Of a DNA stretch of 64,000 bases, positions 9,875-18,941 are shown piece after piece. Source of the DNA: Halarcobacter sp. Its GTDB lineage: Bacteria > Campylobacterota > Campylobacteria > Campylobacterales > Arcobacteraceae. The notes below the pieces were generated by a model. That model ran no database searches, was not told where the DNA came from, and saw nothing but the letters and a program-made list of their open reading frames with translations. The stretch is taken from the NCBI GenBank assembly GCA_963676565.1, contig OY781089.1:2336001-2400000 (forward strand), written 5' to 3'. Made by a program: the position numbers and the translations under genes. Positions within the stretch are counted from its first letter, which is position 1. Each line of letters starts with the position of its first letter.

Positions 9875-12800
9875 TCAACTTTTTCTTAAATAGATAAGTC
9901 TGTAAACCATTGGTACATAATAAAGATTCAAAATTGTTGCCCACAATATTCCATATCCTAAAGATAAAGCCATAGGTTGTAAAATCAAAGCTTGTCCAGA
10001 AGCAAAAAATATCAATGTACTTAAACCTAAAACAGTTGTAATAGAAGTTAATAAAATAGGTCTTAGTCTTAATACAGCATAATCTTTTAACTCTTCTAAG
10101 TTTTTGGCTCTTTTAATGAAGTCCATCATAATAATACCATCATTTACAATTACACCTGCAAGTCCAACCATACCAATTAAACTTGGCATTGTAATATTTA
10201 CACCCATAATAAAATGTCCAAAATAAACACCTAAAATAGATAAAGGAATAGTACTAATTATAATAAGTGGTTTAATCATGGAGTCAAACATCCATACTAA
10301 GGCAATAAAAATTAAAATGATAGCCATTAAAGCAGCTTGAAGCATCTCTTTTTTTACTTTTTCATTCTCTTCTTGCTCACCTTTTATATCAATATTTACA
10401 CTTGTTTTTGTTTTTAATTCTTCTAATACAGGATTTAATTTTTCAAAAACATCACTAGAAGTTGTATCAGTAAAAGATGCTGTTACACTTGTAATTCTTT
10501 TATTGTTTTCTTTAAATATTTGAGAGTAAGCAGGAACTTTAATAAAATCAGCAACTTGAGATAATAATACTTTTTGATTAGTTCCGGGAACTGTAACTTC
10601 AAAGGAATTTAAAGATTTTAATTCATCTTTATTTTTACTTTTAAATACAATATCAATAATACCTTTATCATCAAACATTTTTGAATAAGTACCTTTAAAA
10701 TATAAAGGTCTAAGCTCATTTAATATTGATTCTTCTGAGAAACCTAGCTCATAACCATATGCGTTTACTTTAAATTTTAGCTCATAATTTCCTGTTAAAG
10801 AATCATCAGCAATATTGGAAACACCTTTGATCTTTGATAATTCACCTTTAAGTATTTGTGCAATTTTTCTAACCTCTTTATCATCACCCGAAACTGCTAA
10901 TTCCAAATCATTTTTAACAATTCCAGCTTTTGGTACAAATACTTTTAACTCATCGAAATCATCTGAGTTTATATACTTTTGTAACTTTTCTTTAACTATT
11001 TTCTCAATATCTTGAGCACTATTACTTCTAATCATATCTTTGTCATCATATTTAGGTGAAAGATATGGATTGATATATTTTTCAAAACTATTTTGTGGTG
11101 CTCTTTCATACAAGTTAACAAATATTTGGAAATAAAACTCTTCATATTGCGGTTGATTCTGTCCATCAAGTTTCATTCCTATAACAGAACTAACTGATTG
11201 GATTTCAGTTTTAAAATCAAGTGTATTTAAAAGTTGTTTCTCCAACTGAAAAACTGTTTGTTCTGTCTGCTCAATCTTTTTACCAACTCCTACTGAACCA
11301 GTTATATAAATCTGCGTAGAATCAAAATCTGGTAAAAATTGAAATTTTGAAGATTTAATAAGTATAAAAGTTGATCCAATTATAAAAAAAATAAAAATTA
11401 TCAATGCGATAAATCTACCTTTTAATAAATAGGATAAAATATTTCTATATAGATTTTTATTAAAATCCCAAACTTTATGGGATTTTCTATCTTCATGACT
11501 AACCTTTAAAAGTTGATTCGCATGTAAAGGCAAAAAGAAAAATGCTTCAATAAGTGAACTTAGTAATAATATTGATATCATAATTGGTAAGATTTGCATA
11601 AATTTACCAGTTTGACCTGTCATAAGTAAAATTGGTAAGAAAGCAAATATTGTAGTAGCAGTTGCTGTTAAAACAGCTGGATACATCTCAATTGCACCAT
11701 CTCGTGCAGCTTCAAACTTATCTTTTCCCATCTCCATATGTCTATAGATATTTTCTCCAACAACAATCGCCTCATCAACTAACATCCCTAAAGCAATTAA
11801 TGCCCCAAGAAGAGATAACATATTTAAACTATAGCCTAATGCGTCTGCTGAGATAAGCCCTATCATAAATGAAGTTGGGATACCTATTGCAATTACTAAA
11901 GCAATTCGCATATTAATAAATATCAATAGAGCAATAAATAAAAGAACAAGACCAAATAAGATATTTGAAACTACTGTATTAAGCCTATTTTTTACCCAAA
12001 TAGAAGTATCAATATATGTATCAAATTGTACATTTGTATATTTATTTTCAAATTCTTTTGTAATCTCTTTGATTTGTTTAACTAAATCAATCGCATCACC
12101 CTCTTCACTTTTACTGATACTAACAGCGACATTTCTTTCACCATTAAAGTGAGACTTATCTTGAACATCTCCATATGTATATGTAATATCTGCAATATCT
12201 TTTATTCTAAGTTTAGTATCACCTACTTTTATTATTGTGTTTTTAATATTTTCAACATCTTTTTCACCATTAAAAGTACTTAAATAATAGTGTTTTGAAG
12301 TATCTTTTATAATTCCAACAGGAAATATTGTACTTAATGATTGTACTGCAGTTATTACAGCTGTATTAGATAGATTAAAAGCTTCAATTTTAGCTTCATT
12401 AAATATGATATGTAGTTCTTTGTCACTTTTACCTAAAACACTTACATTTTCTAAATCTTTTAACTGTTGTATTTTTGATTTAACATCATCTGCAATATCT
12501 AATAATTCTTCTTTAGAAGCATTATTCTTTGAATAAACAGCCACAGTAATCAAAGGGAAATTGTGAATCATACTTTTAACTGTTGGTTCATCCATATCTG
12601 AAGGCAAGTTAGTTTTAACTTTTGTAACAATATCTTTTACATCATCAACAACAAAATTTGAATCTTCCCCCTGCTTTAGTTCAGCAGTTATTGTAAAAAA
12701 TCCATTTTTAATAACTGATGTAATCTTATCAACTTCACTAACACTTAAAAGTTCATCTTCAATATCTTCAACTGCAATTTTGTCAAGTAAATCTGAACTT

Positions 12801-12967
12801 GCTCCTGAGTAAGTCCCAGTTATTGTAACTGCATCCATATTTGATGGAGGGAATATCTCCTTTGGAATTTGAAAATATGCGAATACTGATAATATAAAAA
12901 TGAAAAATAGTAAGAAATGGTTTAGTATTGGCTTTCTTAGTCCAAACTCAATAATTGTTTTTATCAT
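9875..12967 (-). CDS. RND efflux transporter permease (AcrB/AcrD/AcrF family)
   Basis: 1030 aa, GMLVDEAIVVGENI, GVIVNDGI, RLRPILLTSITTVLG. Confidence 0.93.
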   Translation of the reverse strand: MIKTIIEFGLRKPILNHFLLFFIFILSVFAYFQIPKEIFPPSNMDAVTITGTYSGASSDLLDKIAVEDIEDELLSVSEVDKITSVIKNGFFTITAELKQGEDSNFVVDDVKDIVTKVKTNLPSDMDEPTVKSMIHNFPLITVAVYSKNNASKEELLDIADDVKSKIQQLKDLENVSVLGKSDKELHIIFNEAKIEAFNLSNTAVITAVQSLSTIFPVGIIKDTSKHYYLSTFNGEKDVENIKNTIIKVGDTKLRIKDIADITYTYGDVQDKSHFNGERNVAVSISKSEEGDAIDLVKQIKEITKEFENKYTNVQFDTYIDTSIWVKNRLNTVVSNILFGLVLLFIALLIFINMRIALVIAIGIPTSFMIGLISADALGYSLNMLSLLGALIALGMLVDEAIVVGENIYRHMEMGKDKFEAARDGAIEMYPAVLTATATTIFAFLPILLMTGQTGKFMQILPIMISILLLSSLIEAFFFLPLHANQLLKVSHEDRKSHKVWDFNKNLYRNILSYLLKGRFIALIIFIFFIIGSTFILIKSSKFQFLPDFDSTQIYITGSVGVGKKIEQTEQTVFQLEKQLLNTLDFKTEIQSVSSVIGMKLDGQNQPQYEEFYFQIFVNLYERAPQNSFEKYINPYLSPKYDDKDMIRSNSAQDIEKIVKEKLQKYINSDDFDELKVFVPKAGIVKNDLELAVSGDDKEVRKIAQILKGELSKIKGVSNIADDSLTGNYELKFKVNAYGYELGFSEESILNELRPLYFKGTYSKMFDDKGIIDIVFKSKNKDELKSLNSFEVTVPGTNQKVLLSQVADFIKVPAYSQIFKENNKRITSVTASFTDTTSSDVFEKLNPVLEELKTKTSVNIDIKGEQEENEKVKKEMLQAALMAIILIFIALVWMFDSMIKPLIIISTIPLSILGVYFGHFIMGVNITMPSLIGMVGLAGVIVNDGIIMMDFIKRAKNLEELKDYAVLRLRPILLTSITTVLGLSTLIFFASGQALILQPMALSLGYGILWATILNLYYVPMVYRLIYLRKS

Positions 12968-13233
12968 TTAATTTTTGTTCCGTTTGCTTCTTCAATTGAA
13001 TAAATTAAAAGTGAATCTTCAACTTGGTTTTTAAATTTCATGTCCTCTAATTGTTGGGCAAGGAATTTATTTTCCTCTTTTAATGAGATGTAATGGGCAT
13101 ATAATTTATTTATATCCTTACTTTTATAATATATATTATTCATAATATACAATTTAGGTACAAATAAAATCAAAGCAATTAATAAAATACCTAAAACAAT
13201 AAGTATTGAATTTTTCGCATTTAATCTAGTCAA
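12964..13233 (-). CDS. FtsL-like small membrane/coiled-coil protein
   Basis: One TM plus coiled coil, directly downstream of rsmH (usual ftsL position). Confidence 0.55.
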   Translation of the reverse strand: MTRLNAKNSILIVLGILLIALILFVPKLYIMNNIYYKSKDINKLYAHYISLKEENKFLAQQLEDMKFKNQVEDSLLIYSIEEANGTKIK

Positions 13234-14128
13234 ATTTAAAAACCCTTAATTTTGAGCTTCTACTTCTCGGATTTTGTCTTATCTCTTCTTTTGTAGGAAC
13301 TATTGGTTTTTTTGTTATAATTTTTCCTAAAGCATGATTATTTCCACAAGTACATTTAAAAGCATCTTTTGGACAAATACAAGATTTACTCCATTTTTTA
13401 AAATAGTTTTTTACAATCCTATCTTCTAAAGAGTGAAATGAAATAATTGCAATAATGCAATCTTTTGGTTTATTCTCTTCGATAGAATCAAAAAGTCTTT
13501 CTAATACTCCAAGTTCATCATTAACTTCAATTCTAATACCTTGAAAAGGTAATGTAGCTGGATGTATTTTACCCTTAGACATTTTTTTTGCTAAAAAGTC
13601 TGCAAGCTCTTTGGCCGAAGAGAATGGTCTGTTATTAACAATTAAAGAAGCGACTTTTTTATATTCTCGTACTTCTCCTAAATCATGAAAGACTCTTTCT
13701 AAATCATGTTGAGAGTAAGTATTTACCACAACTGAAGCATCTAATGCTTTTGTTTGATCCATTCGCATATCAAGGGTATCACTATCAAAGCCAAATCCCC
13801 TTTCATTTTTATCAAGTTGTAAAGATGATACACCAATATCAGCTAAAATCCCTTTAATATTGAAGCCTCTAAAGGTTTCAATTACATGTTCAAAGTTTCC
13901 TTGATTGAATAAAACTCTATTTTTATAAGGTTCTAATCTATTTTTAGAAAATAATAATGCCTCTTCATCTTGATCATTACAAATTAATTGAATATTTTCA
14001 TTTTGCTCTATCAAACCGATACTATGTCCCGCATAACCAGTTGTACAATCTATAATATAACCTTCATTAATTTCACTAAAAGTTTCCAGAACCTCATTGA
14101 AAAGTACTGGAATATGTGGTATTTCCAT
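13226..14128 (-). CDS. rsmH: 16S rRNA m4C1402 methyltransferase RsmH
   Basis: HIPVL, DIGVSSLQLD, LDMRMD, ISFHSLEDRIVK, NPRSRSSKLR. Confidence 0.97.
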   Translation of the reverse strand: MEIPHIPVLFNEVLETFSEINEGYIIDCTTGYAGHSIGLIEQNENIQLICNDQDEEALLFSKNRLEPYKNRVLFNQGNFEHVIETFRGFNIKGILADIGVSSLQLDKNERGFGFDSDTLDMRMDQTKALDASVVVNTYSQHDLERVFHDLGEVREYKKVASLIVNNRPFSSAKELADFLAKKMSKGKIHPATLPFQGIRIEVNDELGVLERLFDSIEENKPKDCIIAIISFHSLEDRIVKNYFKKWSKSCICPKDAFKCTCGNNHALGKIITKKPIVPTKEEIRQNPRSRSSKLRVFKFD

Positions 14129-14214
14129 TCATTAAGCCTTTAAAAGCAATTTAGTATTTTAATCGCTATTTGATATAATATTCTACCCAAAATTTTATTT
14201 AAGGTTTTTTAATA

Positions 14215-14790
14215 ATGATTGATCCTAATACTGTAAGACTTCTATCCAATTTATCTCTAACTATGTTTAGAAAAAATTTCTTTGGAATATATCATGGTGC
14301 AATATCCGCAAAAATTGACCATAACTCATTTATTATCAATACATCAGATGCTATTTTTGATGAGATGGATGAAAGATCGTTTTGTAAACTAACAATGAAT
14401 AAAAAAGATTATAGATGGAATATTGCAAGTATTGAATCAGATATACATTCAACTATTTATACTAATATTCATGAAGCCAAATATATCGCCTTTGGAGTTC
14501 CTATTTATACAACAGCTTATACCTTTGATAATGATGAAATTATATTTGATGATTATTTTGGAAAAACTACATTTGGAAAAATCAATATTTATGATCCTGG
14601 TAATTTTGATACTTGGTATGATAGAAATGCTTTAGAGATCACTAAATATCTCAAAGAAACAAACAATCATGTTATGGTAATTAGAGGAATTGGAACATAT
14701 GTATATGATAGAGACATCAATAATTTAGTTAAGAGAGTAGCAATTTTAGAGAACTCATGCAGACTTTTAAGTATAAAATCTTCTTATTAA
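14215..14790 (+). CDS. Class II aldolase/adducin N-terminal domain protein
   Basis: HGAISAK, ASIESDIHSTIY, VIRGIGTY. Confidence 0.75.
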   Translation: MIDPNTVRLLSNLSLTMFRKNFFGIYHGAISAKIDHNSFIINTSDAIFDEMDERSFCKLTMNKKDYRWNIASIESDIHSTIYTNIHEAKYIAFGVPIYTTAYTFDNDEIIFDDYFGKTTFGKINIYDPGNFDTWYDRNALEITKYLKETNNHVMVIRGIGTYVYDRDINNLVKRVAILENSCRLLSIKSSY

Positions 14791-14908
14791 TAACAAATTT
14801 CTCTATATTTACAGAAAATAAGTCATGCAAGCCCCTAGTTTTAGCTATTTCAAAGGAAACATACTATAAAGTTTACTGATATTTTAATCTTACACAAGGA
14901 GTTCTTCT

Positions 14909-15184
14909 ATGAACAAAGCTGAATTTATTGATGCAGTTGCAGCAAAAGCTGGTTTATCTAAAAAAGATGCTAAAGGTGCAGTTGACGCTGTATTAGATAC
15001 AATTACTGAGACTTTAGTAAAAAAAGAAACTGTTAGTTTCATCGGGTTTGGTACTTTTAGTACTGCTGATAGAGCTGAGAGAACTGCAAAAGTTCCTGGA
15101 ACAGACAAAACTGTTAAAGTTCCAGCTACAACTGTAGCAAAATTCAAAGTTGGTAAAGCTTTAAAAGAAGCAGTAGCTAAGTAA
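14909..15184 (+). CDS. hup: DNA-binding protein HU
   Basis: MNKAEFIDAVA...GFGTFS...KFKVGKALKEAV; AAGGAG RBS. Confidence 0.96.
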   Translation: MNKAEFIDAVAAKAGLSKKDAKGAVDAVLDTITETLVKKETVSFIGFGTFSTADRAERTAKVPGTDKTVKVPATTVAKFKVGKALKEAVAK

Positions 15185-15208
15185 TTACTTACTTCTTCAT
15201 ATAAACAT

Positions 15209-15241
15209 AAAAAGGGTCTATCGTAAGATAGGCCCTTTTTT
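15209..15241 (+). terminator. Intrinsic terminator of hup
   Basis: AAAAAGGGTCTATC-GTAA-GATAGGCCCTTTTTT. Confidence 0.85.
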
Positions 15242-15323
15242 AATTCTTAATTAATTTAATTTTTACTAATTAAACATAAATTAATTAAATAACGGATAAA
15301 ATTTCATCCTTAATTTATTAGGT

Positions 15324-15365
15324 GCCGCTATGGTGAAATTGGTAAACACGCCGGATTCAAAATCC
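15324..15365 (+). pseudogene. 5' half of host tRNA-Leu(CAA), broken by island insertion (attL)
   Basis: GCCGCTA TG GTG AAATTGGTAAA CAC G CCGGA TTCAAAA TCC followed by unrelated sequence; joins perfectly with 52254-52309. Confidence 0.9.
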
Positions 15366-15426
15366 AATGTTTAATTTCACTAGGTATTCGGTAATATAGG
15401 ATATAGATAGTTATTTAGAAATACGA

Positions 15427-15450
15427 GGGTATCACTTATGGGTATCACTT
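15427..15450 (+). repeat. Tandem GGGTATCACTT direct repeats, putative integrase arm-type sites (left end)
   Basis: Copies at 15427-15437 and 15440-15450; related copies at 52094 and 52116. Confidence 0.7.
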
Positions 15451-15460
15451 TACTTTTTGT

Positions 15461-15547
15461 GCCGCTATGGAGAAATTGGTAGACTCGAGAGATTCAAAAT
15501 CTCTTTTCAGCAATGAAGTGTCGGTTCGAGTCCGACTAGCGGTACCA
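15461..15547 (+). tRNA. Island-encoded complete tRNA-Leu(CAA)
   Basis: Acceptor GCCGCTA/TAGCGGT, D stem GAG/CTC, anticodon arm AGAGA-TTCAAAA-TCTCT, long variable arm TTCA-GCAA-TGAA, T arm GTCGG-TTCGAGT-CCGAC, discriminator A plus encoded CCA. Confidence 0.93.
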
Positions 15548-15678
15548 TTTAAAATTTCGATACTTACACTTTTTATATAAATATTATTTAAACTTGAAAT
15601 ACTATTTCTAATTCTATATAGGAGAGGAAATACTTTAAATAGGCTATTAAAAGAGTAGTATTTTTAAAGGTGTACTTA

Positions 15679-15987
15679 TTATTGCTCTTTAGTTATAAAC
15701 ATTATAAAAGCTGAAATAATTAGAATTGGTACAACTATATAAACTAAGTATACACCAACATAAGATACAGTTGTAACTGTAACCACTGTAAGTATTAAGC
15801 TCAACCAAAATATCATCGAAGCAGTATTATGAATATTTTTAAAACTTCCAAACCCTAACAATCCTAAGATTGTTAAAGCTGGAATTGAAAAGTATGTAGC
15901 ATATACACTAACATAAGAACCTGAACTTAATATTGCAATATATGAGATAAGAACAATGAAAAAAGCTAATCTTATTTTATCTCTCAT
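15679..15987 (-). CDS. Small four-TM membrane protein with an internal duplication
   Basis: 102 aa, hydrophobic; SYVSVYATYFSIP / SYVGVYLVYIVVP; starts 5 bp after the res stop. Confidence 0.6.
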   Translation of the reverse strand: MRDKIRLAFFIVLISYIAILSSGSYVSVYATYFSIPALTILGLLGFGSFKNIHNTASMIFWLSLILTVVTVTTVSYVGVYLVYIVVPILIISAFIMFITKEQ

Positions 15988-15992
15988 ATTTC

Positions 15993-18938
15993 TTACTTCA
16001 ATATATCACTAATTAACTGTGATAACTCAGGATTGTTAAGTTTAGTTTTGTATTCAACATTTACACCACTTTTTCTTAACTCTTTAAAAAAGGCTTCGGC
16101 ACTTTTAATCTGTAGTTTCTCTTTTGTAGTTATATCATCAAACTTTTCATAGCCTTTAGTTTCAACTACAAAATATAATTCTTTATCATCTTTCGATTCT
16201 ATTACATATCCAAAGTCTGGATTGTAGTTTCTTCCATGAGCTGTAGGAATATTTACTTTTGGTAGTTTTCCAAATACAGTAATTCTTTTATCACTAGATT
16301 CATCTATAGTTATCTTTTCAATAGTACTATCAACTTCCATAAAGTCTTCATTATAGATTGACTTTTCTACTATGTTCTTAGATTTTATTTTATAAGTTTC
16401 AACACCTAAACTACCCTCAGGTATAAATTCTCTAACTTTACCATCTTTGTCAATGAGTGAGGTATTACTAGTCTTTATCTCTTTTAGATCATATGAAATT
16501 TTATTGATTATAGTATCGTAAATAGCACTTACTAATTGCTCTTCAATTTTCTTAAGTGCTAAGTTTTCATTTTGTGGAATCAAATCAAACTTTTCTTTTT
16601 TAATTCCATGTAAAACTTTTGCAACTGTTTGCATACTAAGTTTTGTGTTATTAGATAGTGCTTTAATAAATTCATAAAGAGTAAATATTGAGTGAGTTTC
16701 TACTTTTACAGTATCTTTATCACTATCATACTTTTCACTATCTTCTATATTTTTATCTCTTTTAACAATGATATCTTGCCCACTTATTGTAAAGTTATCA
16801 TCTATCTTCTTTTTAGCCGTATTTATTAATGTAATACTATTAATATCATATTTAACCACAGCATCATAATTTAAATTGTCCCATAAAGCTTTAAACTTTT
16901 TAAAATTCTCTTGATGAATTTTAATTTTACCCTTATCTTTTTTCTTACCACTTCTGTCTTTTGCTTTTACTCTAGTAGATGTTTTAAAGAAGCTATCAAA
17001 ATACTCTTTAAGCTTTTGAGTATCACAACCTTTCATTTCTAAAGACTCCAGTTCTTTTGACTTAGTACTATAATCTTCTTTTGAAATAGTTATTTCACTA
17101 TTACCCTCATCATCAATATCTATGAAACCTTTAGTTTGTAAGTTTGTAAGAATATTAACTGCAGCAAAGGCATTGGCTGCAATTCCATTTTCTGAAATGA
17201 CTTCTGCTGTAAATAATTTTGTTACCTGTTTAATACTATTTTCACTTATCTCTTTTTGAATAGATGTTACAAAGTTTTCTTCTGTCGATGGAACTACTAC
17301 AAAAAGCTCATTTATAAACTCAAAGTTACTGTCTTCTTGAGTAATTCTTTTCCCATCTTGATCTACAGCAAGTCTTAATCCCCTACCTATTTGTTGTAGT
17401 TTTGAAATTTTAGAGTTACTTGGTGCTAATTTACATAGAGTCATTACATTTGGATTATCCCAACCCTCTTGTAAAGCCCATTGTGAAAAAATAAATCTTA
17501 AGTCACTATCAAAAGATAGTAACTCTTCTTTCTTATTTAAAATTAGCTCAATAGCTTCTGCTTCATCGCCCTCTTTTTTAGATTTAGCAAAGTATCCACT
17601 ATGAATTTGGTTTAAACTATCTTTTGTCTTTAGAAGATACTTTTCATAATCTTCATCTAGATCATCTCTTTTTAGTACTTCATTTAGGTTTTTGAGATAT
17701 AACTTTTCAAAAAGTTTTGCTAGTTCACCATTAGTACCCTCATCAGTAAGATACTTATCAACTCTATCTATAAAGAAAAGACAAAGTGCTTTAATATCCA
17801 TTTTAAAAAGCTCTTCTTCTCTTTCAAAATGGTTTTTTATAGCAGTATCAACAATAACCTTTTGCATCTCATCAAGAAGTACACCATAACTTTCACTAAC
17901 TCCTAAAGGTAAAGAGATACCATTGGTAAATAAGGTTTCACTCTTTGTAATCTTTTCAACAACATAACTATTTAGATATTCAATATCTACTTTCTCTCCT
18001 AAATTCTCACCCTTTATAAGTACTGTTTTTTTATTTTTAGAATTGATGTCCTTGTATTCTATAGTTGCTTTATAATCTTTTTGAGTTTTACCTTCTATTT
18101 TAGTAAGAGCAATAGTATGGTTATCTACATTTTCATTTCCAACTGTATCAACTGTAATAGCCTTAACAAGTCCTCTACTAAATGCATCTACACTATCGAG
18201 TATATAAATAAGATTTTTATATTCATCACCTTTAAATGTTGCACCAAACCTTAGTGTAAAAAGAGCATTAAATGCTTTTAAGTATTTTGCAGTTTGTTTA
18301 CCTTCAAATCTATGTGGTTCATCAATTATAATTACAGGTCTAAGATATGAGATAGCTTCCATATAACTTTTTGCACGACCTATAAGGCTTTGCTCTATTT
18401 TACTTTTATTTATATTGTTAGAAGCTTTATTAAATGATTGATACGTTGATACAAGTACTGAAATATTTTGATCACTTGCATTGATATAGTTTAAAACTGT
18501 TTTCTCACTATAGTTATATACTGATATTTGTTTTCCATACTCTTTGACAAAGAACTCTTTTGTAATTTTAATATTTTTAATCGTACCTTGTCGTGTAGGA
18601 TTAGACGGTACTAAGATTATAAACTTTGAAAGTCCATAATCTCGGTTTAATCTATAAATTGATTCTAAAAATGTAAAAGTCTTACCGGTACCAGTTTCCA
18701 TCAATGTATCAACTACAAGTTCATCTTTGATAGATACTTCCCCAATATCTACTTTATTTGACTTTCTAACCTTTTCAATATTATTTACTAAAATACTTTT
18801 AGAATATTCAAGCTCAAAAGACGGGTTACTTTTTCTATTATCATTTTTAGTAAATGATATATTTTTAAATACATCACTTATACTATTTACTGCTTGTTCT
18901 TGATAATCAAGTCTATCAAACTTTATTTTTAAAGACAT
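15993..18938 (-). CDS. res: Type III restriction-modification endonuclease/helicase subunit Res
   Basis: METGTGKT, IIDEPH, LRFGATF, ALQEGWDNPNV, QQIGRGLRL, C-terminal YNPDF...VVETKG. Confidence 0.93.
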   Translation of the reverse strand: MSLKIKFDRLDYQEQAVNSISDVFKNISFTKNDNRKSNPSFELEYSKSILVNNIEKVRKSNKVDIGEVSIKDELVVDTLMETGTGKTFTFLESIYRLNRDYGLSKFIILVPSNPTRQGTIKNIKITKEFFVKEYGKQISVYNYSEKTVLNYINASDQNISVLVSTYQSFNKASNNINKSKIEQSLIGRAKSYMEAISYLRPVIIIDEPHRFEGKQTAKYLKAFNALFTLRFGATFKGDEYKNLIYILDSVDAFSRGLVKAITVDTVGNENVDNHTIALTKIEGKTQKDYKATIEYKDINSKNKKTVLIKGENLGEKVDIEYLNSYVVEKITKSETLFTNGISLPLGVSESYGVLLDEMQKVIVDTAIKNHFEREEELFKMDIKALCLFFIDRVDKYLTDEGTNGELAKLFEKLYLKNLNEVLKRDDLDEDYEKYLLKTKDSLNQIHSGYFAKSKKEGDEAEAIELILNKKEELLSFDSDLRFIFSQWALQEGWDNPNVMTLCKLAPSNSKISKLQQIGRGLRLAVDQDGKRITQEDSNFEFINELFVVVPSTEENFVTSIQKEISENSIKQVTKLFTAEVISENGIAANAFAAVNILTNLQTKGFIDIDDEGNSEITISKEDYSTKSKELESLEMKGCDTQKLKEYFDSFFKTSTRVKAKDRSGKKKDKGKIKIHQENFKKFKALWDNLNYDAVVKYDINSITLINTAKKKIDDNFTISGQDIIVKRDKNIEDSEKYDSDKDTVKVETHSIFTLYEFIKALSNNTKLSMQTVAKVLHGIKKEKFDLIPQNENLALKKIEEQLVSAIYDTIINKISYDLKEIKTSNTSLIDKDGKVREFIPEGSLGVETYKIKSKNIVEKSIYNEDFMEVDSTIEKITIDESSDKRITVFGKLPKVNIPTAHGRNYNPDFGYVIESKDDKELYFVVETKGYEKFDDITTKEKLQIKSAEAFFKELRKSGVNVEYKTKLNNPELSQLISDILK

Positions 18939-18941
18939 TGA

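Noticed and set aside
14890..15147. 85-aa minus-strand ORF
   Set aside because: Antisense shadow of hup
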